43,030 nucleotides of DNA, from positions 1 through 43,030 of the forward strand of contig MVDB01000039.1 of assembly GCA_002050025.1 (NCBI GenBank), given 5' to 3'. The notes under the pieces were generated by a model. It did no database searches and was not told the DNA's origin. It was given only the letters and a program-made list of their open reading frames with translations. Of this stretch, positions 25,108-34,527 are shown one piece after another. The translations under genes were made by a program, and so were the position numbers. The first letter of the stretch is position 1. Each line of letters begins with the position of its first letter. The stretch is from Desulfobacteraceae bacterium 4484_190.2. GTDB lineage: Bacteria; Desulfobacterota; DSM-4660; Desulfatiglandales; Desulfatiglandaceae.

Positions 25108-27244
25108 GTGATGTCTGAGTATCTGTATGTGGGAAAGAGCATTCCAAGAACCATAGAAACTGACAAAGTAACAGGCAGGGCAATCTATATCGATGATCTC
25201 AAACGCCCGGGAATGCTCTATGGAAAAATACTTTACAGCAAATATGCCCACGCAAAAATCAAAAACATTGATAAGTCCAAAGCAGAAAAGCTTCCCGGCG
25301 TGAGAGCGATCCTAACCGGATACGATATCCCTGATGTGAGGGTTGGATTCATAAAAGATCAAACAGTACTGAAAAAAGATTTGGTTCGTCAGTTTCGAGA
25401 TGAGGTAGCCTCCGTTGCAGCCATCAGTCCCGAAATAGCAGAGGAAGCGCTTGATTTAATTAAGGTAGAGTATGAGGAGCCTGTATGATCAGACTAACGT
25501 TATTCATTTGGGCAAGCAGCGAATTATGGAATATTTCGCCCAGATCGGCCTTAAGGACAAAAAGGTGAGGGTTGTGAATGCAATCGTTGGCGGTAGCTTC
25601 GGGACCAAACTGGATACGGATATCTATGAGTTCATATGCATTCAGCTCGCCTTAAAGACAAGAAAACCGGTAAAGATCTTATTTTCAAGGGAAGAAGAGT
25701 TCTTTGCTCTTCCGCCAAGACAACCCGCCCTCTTTGACATAGAGCAGGGATGTAACAAAGAAGGCAGGCTTACCTTCAGGAAATGTGAGGCCCTTCTGGA
25801 TAATGGGGCCTACACATCCTGGGGTGCCACAACCCCGTCAGTTATGATGATGCCCATGTCGTCACTTTATCGGGTGCCTAATGTGTCTTTTGAGGCGACC
25901 TGCGTTTATACCAATAATATCTACTGCCAGGCCATGAGGGGTTACGGTAACCCCCAGGCAAGTTTCGCTGTGGAGACTTCAATGGATACACTGGCCGAAA
26001 AGGCCGGTATTGACCCCGCAGAATTCAGACTGATAAACCGGAATCAGCCTGGGGATGAAACGCCTCAGAGGTTAAAAATAACCTCCTGTGGCATGGAAGA
26101 ATGTATCAATTCAGTTAAAGAAAAACTCGACTGGGACAAGAAGAAAAAAGATAAAAAAAAGGCCAGAGGCGTTGGCATGGCATCCCTTATTCATGTCGCA
26201 GGTGGCGCAAGGGTATATATGTCTGACGGTCATGGGATTATGATTAAGGTGGATCAGAACGGGTGTGTGGATGTGTTCGAGAGTGGAACGGATCAGGGCC
26301 AGGGTTCTCCCACGGTGATTTCACAGATAGTTGCAGAGGCACTGGGGTTTAAACCAGAGAATGTCTCTTTGACTATGGGTGATACCGGATTGAGTTTATG
26401 GGATGCAGGGACACATGCGAGCCGTCATACCTTTATGGCAGGCAATGCGGCAATCAGGTGTTGCAAAAAGGTCAAGAAACAGATCCTGGATATGGCTGTC
26501 GAATACATGCCCAAATTGATCAAGGGCGGTTTTAAGAGGAAAAAGAGAAAGGATCCCGATTTTGTAGAACCGGATCTTGACTACGGCCTGATTTCTGATC
26601 CCGAAAACTTAGACATAAAAGAGAGGATGGTCTTTCCCAGAAGTGACCCTGATCATCCTTATTTCAAGATGGATGTGCGTGAGATTGTGAGAAGCGGGCT
26701 CCATGTGGGGGTGGGTGACAGCAGGGTTGTGGTCGCCGAGGAGTTCTATGATCCACCCACAGAGATGCTGGATAGAGAAATGAAAGGAAATCTGTCCATG
26801 ACTTATGCCTTTGGCACCACAGGCGTTGAAGTTGAAGTGGATGAAGAAACAGGAGAGATAACGATCCTTAAGCTTATCGCCGCCCACGATGTGGGAAAGG
26901 CAATGAACCCGACCCTTTTATTAGGCCAGGTCTATGGCGCAGTCTATACGGGCGTGGGTTACGGCCTCACGGAAGAGATAAAAGTGGTTAATGGGAGAGT
27001 TATGAATCCCAACTTCCGCGACTACAAGATGCTTACTGCCAAGGATGTTATCCCTATTACGCCCGTCGTGATTGAACCGGTGGATAAGGATGGACCTTAT
27101 GGGGCCAAAGGAATTGGTGAACCAGGACTTGTTCCTACCGCACCTGCCATTGCCAATGCTATCTATGATGCCATTGGTGTCAGGATCACGGATCTGCCCA
27201 TCACTCCGGAGAAGATCCTGACAGCACTCAATGATAAGCAGTAG
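25108..27244 (+). pseudogene. Mo-hydroxylase molybdopterin-binding large subunit, disrupted (two ORFs in different frames, internal segment missing)
   Basis: ORF 25108-25488 is the a/b-hammerhead domain and ends ...IKVEYEEPV*. ORF 25472-27244 is in the +1 frame and resumes at ...QTNVIHLGKQ...KVRVVNAIVGGSFGTK. The second frame is closed by TAG at 25466-25468, so the two ORFs can only join within 25469-25488. Confidence 0.75.
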
Positions 27245-27261
27245 GGAGTAGGGAGGTATAT

Positions 27262-29349
27262 ATGTCTGATGGCATGTTTTATCGGTTGGGGTGTGACATT
27301 GGTGGCACCTTTACTGACTTTGTCCTTTTAAATGACCGGACAGGGGAAATACGAATTAACAAGTGTCTGACCACTCCAGGCGATCCTTCGGACGCTGTGG
27401 AGCAAGGCATAGAAGAATTGGAACAGGTAACCCCGGGGTTTGTGGGAAAGCTGGATGAGGTGATCCATGGTACCACATTGGTTATCAATTCGATCATAGA
27501 GCGAAAGGGAGCGAAAACCGGGCTCATTACAACTAAAGGCTTCAGGGATGTTTTGGAGCTCGGAAGAGAAATACGCTATGCCCCGTATGATGTTTTTGCT
27601 GAATTTCCCAAGCCCCTGATATCAAGGAGGTTTCGATTAGAAGTTGATGAGAGGATTCGGAGTGATGGAACAATATTGAGGACTCTGGATCGCGAAGAAG
27701 CGCGACTGGTAGTAAACAGATTGATCGATATGGGAGTTGAGTCAATTGCGGTCTGCCTTCTCAACTCTTTCGAGAATCCGGCCCACGAATTGGTGATCAA
27801 AGAAATTATTAGCGCTCAGGCCCCTGACATTCCAGTCTCAATTTCTTATGAAGTTCTTCCGCAGATCAGAGAATACGAAAGAACCAGCACCACCGTGACA
27901 AATGCCTATGTCAAGCCTTTAACAAGCAGGTATTTATCTAAATTGTCTCAAAAGCTGGAAGCCATTGGTTCGAAGGGAAAGTTATTTATTATGCTTTCCA
28001 GTGGTGGCATCACATCCGTTGAAACAGCCGCTGAGTTTCCGGTACGGATAATTGAGTCCGGGCCAACAGCCGCAGTTATCTCAGGCCAGTACTATGGAAA
28101 ACTATTTGATATCCCGGAAATGTTCTGTTTTGACATGGGAGGAACCACTGCAAAGTCTTGCCTGATTCAGAGAGGAGTTGCCGGTGTGGTCCCTACCTTT
28201 GAGGTAGGTCGCGTTCAAAGATTCATGAAAGGCAGTGGACTTACTATCCAGGTGCCCGTGGTTGACCTGATGGAGATTGGCGCCGGAGGCGGGAGCATTG
28301 CCAAGGTCAGCAAAATGGGAACACTCCAGGTTGGACCGGAGAGTTCAGGAGCCGATCCCGGCCCCATATGTTATGCCAGGGGTGGAACTGAGCCAGGTGT
28401 GACGGATGCTGATCTGTTGTTGGGTTATCTGGATGAGGGCTATTTCCTTGGCGGAGAAATGAAGCTTGATAAGGAGGCTGCCCGGCGTGGTATTGAGGAA
28501 AAGATCGCAAAGCCTCTTGGTGTGTCTTTCGTACAGGCCATATGGGGTATTCATGACCTTATTAACGAAACCATGGCCGCAGCGGCAAAGACACATATAG
28601 CAGAAAAGGGCGGAAATCCCAGGGTGGCAACTGTGGTGGCATTTGGTGGTGCAGGCCCGGTGCACGCCTATGGTCTGGCCAAAAAATTGGGTTCACCCAG
28701 GTTAATCGTTCCGCCTAATGCAGGTGTCGGTTCAGCACTTGGGTTTTTCACTGCTCCCAGGGCGTTTGATCTTGTAAGAAGTCATAAGGTTGCTCTTGAT
28801 ACGGCCGATTTTAGTGAAATCGAAGGAATATTTAAGGTTATGGAGGTTGAAGGGGCCAGGACTTTACAGAAATCAGGAACAGCCGACGATATTATATTTG
28901 AGAGATCAGTTGATGCCAGGTTTGTGGGGCAGGGATCTGAAACCAATATTCCTGTTCTTGAAGGCAATTTTACTGATGTGAAAAAGGAGGATATGCGCAG
29001 GCGCTTTGACGAAATATATGAGAAGCTTTACGGAAGAACCTATCCCGATTCTCCTGTGGAATTTATCAACTTCAAGGTTAGGGCCAGCCTCCCTGAAAGG
29101 CTGTTACAATTGCCTAAGATGGAAAAAAGGGCTGGTTCGTTAAAAGATGCCATAAAGGGAGAGCGTCAAGCATACTCGGGGATTGCAAAGGATTTTATCC
29201 CTTATACGATCTACGACAGGTACAAGTTGTATCCGGACTCAAAATTTCAAGGCCCTGCAATCATTGAAGAGAGAGAATCCACTGTTGTTATTGGCGAAGA
29301 CGCTTCAATCTCTGTTGACGACTTTGGATTCCTGTGGATTGATCTATAA
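27262..29349 (+). CDS. hyuA: Hydantoinase/oxoprolinase family A subunit (HyuA-like, ATP-dependent)
   Basis: N-terminal GCDIGGTFTDFV and internal FDMGGTTAK sugar-kinase-fold motifs, and 695 aa. Confidence 0.9.
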   Translation: MSDGMFYRLGCDIGGTFTDFVLLNDRTGEIRINKCLTTPGDPSDAVEQGIEELEQVTPGFVGKLDEVIHGTTLVINSIIERKGAKTGLITTKGFRDVLELGREIRYAPYDVFAEFPKPLISRRFRLEVDERIRSDGTILRTLDREEARLVVNRLIDMGVESIAVCLLNSFENPAHELVIKEIISAQAPDIPVSISYEVLPQIREYERTSTTVTNAYVKPLTSRYLSKLSQKLEAIGSKGKLFIMLSSGGITSVETAAEFPVRIIESGPTAAVISGQYYGKLFDIPEMFCFDMGGTTAKSCLIQRGVAGVVPTFEVGRVQRFMKGSGLTIQVPVVDLMEIGAGGGSIAKVSKMGTLQVGPESSGADPGPICYARGGTEPGVTDADLLLGYLDEGYFLGGEMKLDKEAARRGIEEKIAKPLGVSFVQAIWGIHDLINETMAAAAKTHIAEKGGNPRVATVVAFGGAGPVHAYGLAKKLGSPRLIVPPNAGVGSALGFFTAPRAFDLVRSHKVALDTADFSEIEGIFKVMEVEGARTLQKSGTADDIIFERSVDARFVGQGSETNIPVLEGNFTDVKKEDMRRRFDEIYEKLYGRTYPDSPVEFINFKVRASLPERLLQLPKMEKRAGSLKDAIKGERQAYSGIAKDFIPYTIYDRYKLYPDSKFQGPAIIEERESTVVIGEDASISVDDFGFLWIDL

Positions 29350-29416
29350 AATTGCTACGCAATTTTATATAGCGCGGCTTCGCCGCTTTATAAAAACGAA
29401 TGTATTACACAATCAA

Positions 29417-29442
29417 GTTAATCCTGGAAATCCTGTCTAAAA
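29417..29442. repeat. Solo end of a family X element
   Basis: The reverse complement of gttaatcctggaaatcctgtctaaaa is ttttagacaggatttccaggattaac, which matches the X TIR. It lies between hyuA and hyuB, just before the hyuB RBS. Confidence 0.45.
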
Positions 29443-29457
29443 TAAGGAGGAACAGAA

Positions 29458-31182
29458 ATGGGGCAAGAATTTGATCCCATAACCTTGGAGATACTCTGGC
29501 GCAGGTTAATATCAGTCGTGGATGAGGCGGACGGTGCGGTTGCGCGTACGGCCTTTTCAAGCCTGCTTAGAGATGCGCACGACTATACCTGTATGTTCAC
29601 AGACAAAAAGGGTCGAGAACTGGCCCAGGGGTCATTTGCAACGCCAGGTCAATCCGGGGCCATGGCACTGGGAATCAAAAATCTCGTTAACAAACGCTCA
29701 TTAGATGAATACAAGCCAGGCGATGTTTTCATAACCAATGATCCATGGGCCCTTGCCGGGCACCTGAATGACATATGTGTGATTAGTCCCATTTTTTACA
29801 AAGACAGAGTTACAGCGTTTACTGCGTGTGTTTTCCATCATTCTGATATAGGTGGGAGGGTATCTTCTGATAACCACGATGTCTTCGAGGATGGGTTGTT
29901 CATACCTATGGTGAAACTCTATGATGGCGGGGTTCTAAATGAGGCCGTTATGGAAATGATCCGGTGGAACGTAAGAACGCCGGATGAGGTCACCGGTGAC
30001 ATACGGTCCCAGATAGCTGCGAATCATGTGTGTGAAGAAAAAATTATCCAGATGCTTGATGAATATAAGATGGACGGACTGGATGATCTGGCAGACGAGA
30101 TCATCAACCGCACTGAGAACAGCATGAGAGAGGCCATACAAAAAGTCCCTGATGGCATTTATAAGGCGGAAGGGATTGTGGAGCAGATGGAGGGTAAGGG
30201 CGATGTGGTCATAAAGGCATCCATCCAAGTGCATGGAAGTGACATAACGGTAGACCTTGATGGATCTTCTCCCCAGGTAGACTGGGGGGGGAACGTGGTC
30301 TATAATTTCACCTATGCCTATGTGTTTATGGCAATGAAGAGCATGTTTGACCCGGAAATACCCAACAATGACGGTTGCACAATTCCGATAGCCATGAAGG
30401 CACCAGAAGGAAGCGTTGTTCACTGTAAGTTCCCTGCTGCCGTTGCTGCCCGCATGCAGATAGGGCATTTTCTTACCGAGATCATTTACAGGGCAATGGC
30501 CGGAGCTCTGCCCGACAGGGTTATTGCGGGAAGTGGTGGGACACCGGCAACCATGAATGTATTTTACGGCAGGAGAAACAATGGTAGCCCGTGGCATTCG
30601 GTGATTATCAGGGGTGGTGGTATGGGGGCAAGCGCCACGAATGATGGTTACTATGACTTCATATTCCCTGCCAATGGCGCCAACACGCCGGTGGAGATAT
30701 TTGAGAGCGATACGCCACTTTTGGTAGAAAAGAGAGAGATTATTACGGATTCAGGTGGTGCCGGCAAAATGAAAGGAGGGCTGGGTAGAAGGGTTATATT
30801 CAGGGCTCCTGACGATGAATATGCGCCTCTGCCGCCTGTGAATCTGGGGATTCAGTCGGGAAGGTACCGTTATCCTCCAGAAGGGTTATTTGGTGGCAAG
30901 GATGGTTTAAAGGCACAGTTCCTTATCAACGGGAAGCCCGGAAATTCATATGGGCTTACGCAATTCGGGCCAGGCGATAAGGTTATTATTGACGTGGCAG
31001 GTGGCGGCGGATACGGAAATCCTTTTGAGCGTGATGTGGAATTAGTGGAAAGTGACGTGGCCGATGGTTATGTCAGTGTGGAAAAGGCCAAAGAAGATTA
31101 CGGAGTCGTGATTGACCCGGAAACCATGAAAACAGAACCGGAAGAAACAGCAAAATTTCGCGAGGCCTTGAAGAGGGCGTGA
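29458..31182 (+). CDS. hyuB: Hydantoinase B/oxoprolinase family subunit (HyuB-like)
   Basis: DPITLEILWRRL..V..E....L.RTAFS...RD..D..C.. is a typical HyuB N-terminus. RBS AAGGAGG. Confidence 0.9.
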   Translation: MGQEFDPITLEILWRRLISVVDEADGAVARTAFSSLLRDAHDYTCMFTDKKGRELAQGSFATPGQSGAMALGIKNLVNKRSLDEYKPGDVFITNDPWALAGHLNDICVISPIFYKDRVTAFTACVFHHSDIGGRVSSDNHDVFEDGLFIPMVKLYDGGVLNEAVMEMIRWNVRTPDEVTGDIRSQIAANHVCEEKIIQMLDEYKMDGLDDLADEIINRTENSMREAIQKVPDGIYKAEGIVEQMEGKGDVVIKASIQVHGSDITVDLDGSSPQVDWGGNVVYNFTYAYVFMAMKSMFDPEIPNNDGCTIPIAMKAPEGSVVHCKFPAAVAARMQIGHFLTEIIYRAMAGALPDRVIAGSGGTPATMNVFYGRRNNGSPWHSVIIRGGGMGASATNDGYYDFIFPANGANTPVEIFESDTPLLVEKREIITDSGGAGKMKGGLGRRVIFRAPDDEYAPLPPVNLGIQSGRYRYPPEGLFGGKDGLKAQFLINGKPGNSYGLTQFGPGDKVIIDVAGGGGYGNPFERDVELVESDVADGYVSVEKAKEDYGVVIDPETMKTEPEETAKFREALKRA

Positions 31183-31227
31183 TCAGGGCAAATATACTCC
31201 ATTCTGAATGGGCGGCAGGGCTCAACT

Positions 31228-32634
31228 TCAGAGCGAATGCGCATATTCCTCGAACATGAAAACCGGCATTGGGGTGATGGGCGGCCTGATCGTCATGTGA
31301 CCAATGTCTTCTATTGGAATCCCTTTCTGAAGCATCAACTCGGTTACAATGGATTCACATGTTCTCCCCTGACATGGGCCCATGCAGACTCTGGTTTTCT
31401 TTATCTCATTGATATTGCGGAAACCTTTCTCAATTCCGGCAAAAACCTCCTTAGCTGTGATTCGTTCGCATCGGCAGACGATAGTATCATCCTCCATGAT
31501 GGTGAACAGACCGGAACGTGGAGAAAAAACCCGATTCAATACCTTGGAATACCTCTTTATACTTTCCAGTGTATGAAAAAGTGATTTGAACTGGCGATCT
31601 CGCTCATCCATCGATATCTTTCCCAGTTCTGCCGCGGCGTGGGTACCGGCTATCCTGCCCTCGACTTCGGCCAGGTCGGCTCCATCCACGCCTGATGAAT
31701 CGCCGGCAGTATAAATATTTGCCACACTGGTCTGCATGAAAATATCGGTTTCGGGCTTCCATGATTTGAGAACAGGATCATAGACGTGAGCACAGCCACA
31801 CAGTCGGGCGAGCCTGGCCACGGGCAGAAAACCATATCCCAAGCTGACCGTGTCCACCTCGAAGGTCCTTTCCGTCCCTGCAATCGGCGCCCAGTCTTCA
31901 TCCAGGCGTGCAATGGTCGCTTCCCTGATCCTGTTATCTCCCGACGCTGAGATCACTGAATAGGGTCGAAGAATAGGAACCGACTTTTTCAGCACTGGAA
32001 ACAGATAGGAAACAGCTTCCTTAAATAACCCCTTCTGCCGTATGATTTCAGGCATTAGCTTCAGGGAGTCCTTAATTCTTATTGCCTCACAAAGGGCAAC
32101 TACCTCCGCCCCATCCTTAACCAGGCTGGCCGCCACAGAGAGCTGCAACGGACTGGCGCCTGAAAGAAGGAACCGCTTCCCTGGCAACAACCGTTGATAT
32201 TTAATCATTTTCTGCAGACCGCCGGCAGTCATGATGCCCGGGAGTGTCCACCCTGGAAACGGGATGGACCGCTCCATAGCCCCTTCGCACAGAATCAGTT
32301 TATCGAACTCAACCAGCTCTATGTGGCCCATATGTTCCAAGGCCATGGTAGTGCCCTCAAAAAAACCCCAGGCCGTGGTTTCACTGAAGATAGTAATTTT
32401 GTCCCTCAACTGGTTGAATTGCCGGATGATATCCTGGCCCACCCGATATCTGACACCTAAAAAACTTTTGTCCTCAATGACAAAATCGCCTGGCGGCTGA
32501 CGGTAGATCTGGCCCCCTGGTTCAGGGTTCTCATCCACGACGGCGACATGAACCCCTTGTTGGGCGAGTTTTATGGCGGCAGCCATTCCGGCCGGCCCAA
32601 GACCGATAATCAACGTCTCAAATTTTTGGTTCAT
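31228..32634 (-). CDS. FAD/NAD(P)-binding oxidoreductase with BFD-like [2Fe-2S] domain (HcnB/opine-oxidase subunit A-like)
   Basis: IIGLGPAGMAAA dinucleotide fold, and C-terminal CRCERIT...VCMGPCQGRTC. Start taken at MNQKF (32634), 1 nt after the upstream stop. Confidence 0.8.
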   Translation of the reverse strand: MNQKFETLIIGLGPAGMAAAIKLAQQGVHVAVVDENPEPGGQIYRQPPGDFVIEDKSFLGVRYRVGQDIIRQFNQLRDKITIFSETTAWGFFEGTTMALEHMGHIELVEFDKLILCEGAMERSIPFPGWTLPGIMTAGGLQKMIKYQRLLPGKRFLLSGASPLQLSVAASLVKDGAEVVALCEAIRIKDSLKLMPEIIRQKGLFKEAVSYLFPVLKKSVPILRPYSVISASGDNRIREATIARLDEDWAPIAGTERTFEVDTVSLGYGFLPVARLARLCGCAHVYDPVLKSWKPETDIFMQTSVANIYTAGDSSGVDGADLAEVEGRIAGTHAAAELGKISMDERDRQFKSLFHTLESIKRYSKVLNRVFSPRSGLFTIMEDDTIVCRCERITAKEVFAGIEKGFRNINEIKKTRVCMGPCQGRTCESIVTELMLQKGIPIEDIGHMTIRPPITPMPVFMFEEYAHSL

Positions 32635-32635
32635 G

Positions 32636-32941
32636 TTATTTTGTCCTCTCAAAGTGCTGGGTCTCCACTTGGCACCCCTGTGACACCGGTGTCCTGCAGG
32701 TCCGAATGCTCCTGACGCCGTTGACCGTCATAAGGCAACTGTGGCAAATCCCGATATTACAATAAACACCCAAAGGTTGACTGTCCATAGTTCGAGCCAC
32801 CATATGCCCGGATGCCATCAGGGCTGCTGCTATGGTTTCACCTTTGAAGGCCTTTAGCGGCTGGCCATCAAAATAGAACTCGATCTGCTCGCCCCTCCTG
32901 ATACCTGAATTTAAACGCACCGCTCTTACTTCATCAGACAT
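32636..32941 (-). CDS. Small (2Fe-2S)-binding protein (HcnA/sarcosine-oxidase-alpha-N-terminal-like)
   Basis: F.FDGQPL.AFKGETIAAAL...CNIGICHSCLMTVNG....RTC. AAGGAGG lies 10 nt upstream of the ATG at 32941. The longer ORF-track start reads through repeat B. Confidence 0.75.
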   Translation of the reverse strand: MSDEVRAVRLNSGIRRGEQIEFYFDGQPLKAFKGETIAAALMASGHMVARTMDSQPLGVYCNIGICHSCLMTVNGVRSIRTCRTPVSQGCQVETQHFERTK

Positions 32942-32979
32942 GGCTTGAGTACCTCCTTGTAAGCATACGATCTTTATTT

Positions 32980-33212
32980 GTAAGTTTTCAATAAATTCGG
33001 GCTGTATTAAAAAAATCCCCCCTGGCCCAAACCTGGCGTTGATACTTTGCGAGAGTGGCTGATCGAACATAACTGCTTCTTTAGGTTCCGATATATAGCC
33101 ACCAAGTCGCGCCTCCCGATCCCGACCCGGTATCGGGACGGGGAGGGCAGGCCTCAATCCCCCTTTACAAAAGGGGGAAGGTTCGGAATGCCCTGACTTA
33201 TTGAGATGTTAC
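32980..33212. mobile_element. Family 1 element, copy B: complete arms plus a ~130-bp internal insert
   Basis: The arms match copies A and C. The insert sits exactly where A and C read atccccc|tcaatccccc. The right ~95 nt of the insert match 10343-10436. Confidence 0.75.
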
Positions 33213-33333
33213 CTTTATTCATTTCGTAAATTATAGTTTATCTTAATAAAAAATGCTAAAGAAACATATAGATATTACCGATATAAAAAACAGGTATTGC
33301 AAAAATCAGTGACCAATGATCAGGTAATGTACG

Positions 33334-34521
33334 ATGAATTTAGTGAATAGTGTTGCGGCAGAAAACATATTTATTTCTACTGCCTCACGGCAATCTCAGT
33401 TAGAGGAATTGGCAAATAGGGCCCTGTCAAACGGAATTGATCTATATATGAGAAAAGACTATGAAGGGGCCGCTAAGGAATTCCAGAGGTCAATCGGTCT
33501 TGCACCCCAATCCCAACATTCTGTTGATGCTTCCAATTATATGGCAAATGCATACCTCCAGTTGAATCAAACTGAGAAAGCAATTAAGGCATACAAAACG
33601 TCGATCAGCCTGAACCCGTACCGGGACGATACGCATATTATGCTTGGGAATCTCTATTTCTCTGAAAATCGTTATAAGGAATCGGAGAATGAATATAAAG
33701 AAGCCGTAAGACTAAACCCAAATGCAAATAATTACTATTCGTTGGGGCAGGCCTATCTGGAATTAGGTCAATATAATGATGCAGAAAATCAGTTCAACAC
33801 GGTTAAACGCCTGGCGCCGGATAGTCCAAATGGCAATTATGGGTTAGGCCTTGCCTACAGCAGGCAGGGGCGTCTTGAAGATGCCATCCGTCAGTTTAAG
33901 GAAGCAACAGGCATTGAAGATGATCTTTATGACGCCTATGCTGAAATGGGCTATGCATACTCTGATTTAGGCCAAATAGACAAGGCACAGGAGCAGGTTG
34001 ATTATATTGAACAAGAACGACCAGATCTTGCACAAATGCTGAGTCTGTATGTGTATAAAGTTGACCCGCCAAAATTCATGTTCGCATATTCAACAGACTT
34101 TATGTATTTGAAATCTGTAAAAACCCAGGTTTCTGCCTTAGATTCATATTTGGCAAATGCCAATACTTCCAAAACCTTCACCATGAAATTCAGTTTTAGC
34201 AAGGAGATGGACAGGGATTCTGTTGAAGACCGGTTCAATTGGAAAATAGGCAGGGCCTCGGGGAGTGGCCCTGGCCAGGCATACAATTTCGGTTTGCCGG
34301 TTCCATCGACTGAAATTAGTATCCCACTCTACCCGGACTATGTTTTTTACGATTCTGCGGCTTCAACCGCAACGGTCTACTTCACAATTCATCAGAACGC
34401 ATCTGCCGACGGCACAATCGACCCCTCACATATAGAATTCAAGTTCAACGGTGAAGACAAGTACGGATTCACAATGGACCCCGAACGCGACCAATTCAGT
34501 GGTTTCTCAAAGGTAGCCTGA
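33334..34521 (+). CDS. TPR-repeat protein with a C-terminal beta-rich (Ig-like?) domain
   Basis: At least five TPR-like units (e.g. YMANAYLQLNQTEKAIKAYKTSISLNP, YSLGQAYLELGQYNDAENQF). Confidence 0.75.
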   Translation: MNLVNSVAAENIFISTASRQSQLEELANRALSNGIDLYMRKDYEGAAKEFQRSIGLAPQSQHSVDASNYMANAYLQLNQTEKAIKAYKTSISLNPYRDDTHIMLGNLYFSENRYKESENEYKEAVRLNPNANNYYSLGQAYLELGQYNDAENQFNTVKRLAPDSPNGNYGLGLAYSRQGRLEDAIRQFKEATGIEDDLYDAYAEMGYAYSDLGQIDKAQEQVDYIEQERPDLAQMLSLYVYKVDPPKFMFAYSTDFMYLKSVKTQVSALDSYLANANTSKTFTMKFSFSKEMDRDSVEDRFNWKIGRASGSGPGQAYNFGLPVPSTEISIPLYPDYVFYDSAASTATVYFTIHQNASADGTIDPSHIEFKFNGEDKYGFTMDPERDQFSGFSKVA

Positions 34522-34527
34522 CATATC

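Noticed and set aside
32942-33157. N-terminal 72-codon extension of the [2Fe-2S] protein ORF (track start 33157).
   Set aside because: The extension is a read-through of family 1 repeat copy B. The ATG at 32941 has an AAGGAGG site and gives the normal ~100-aa size for this family.
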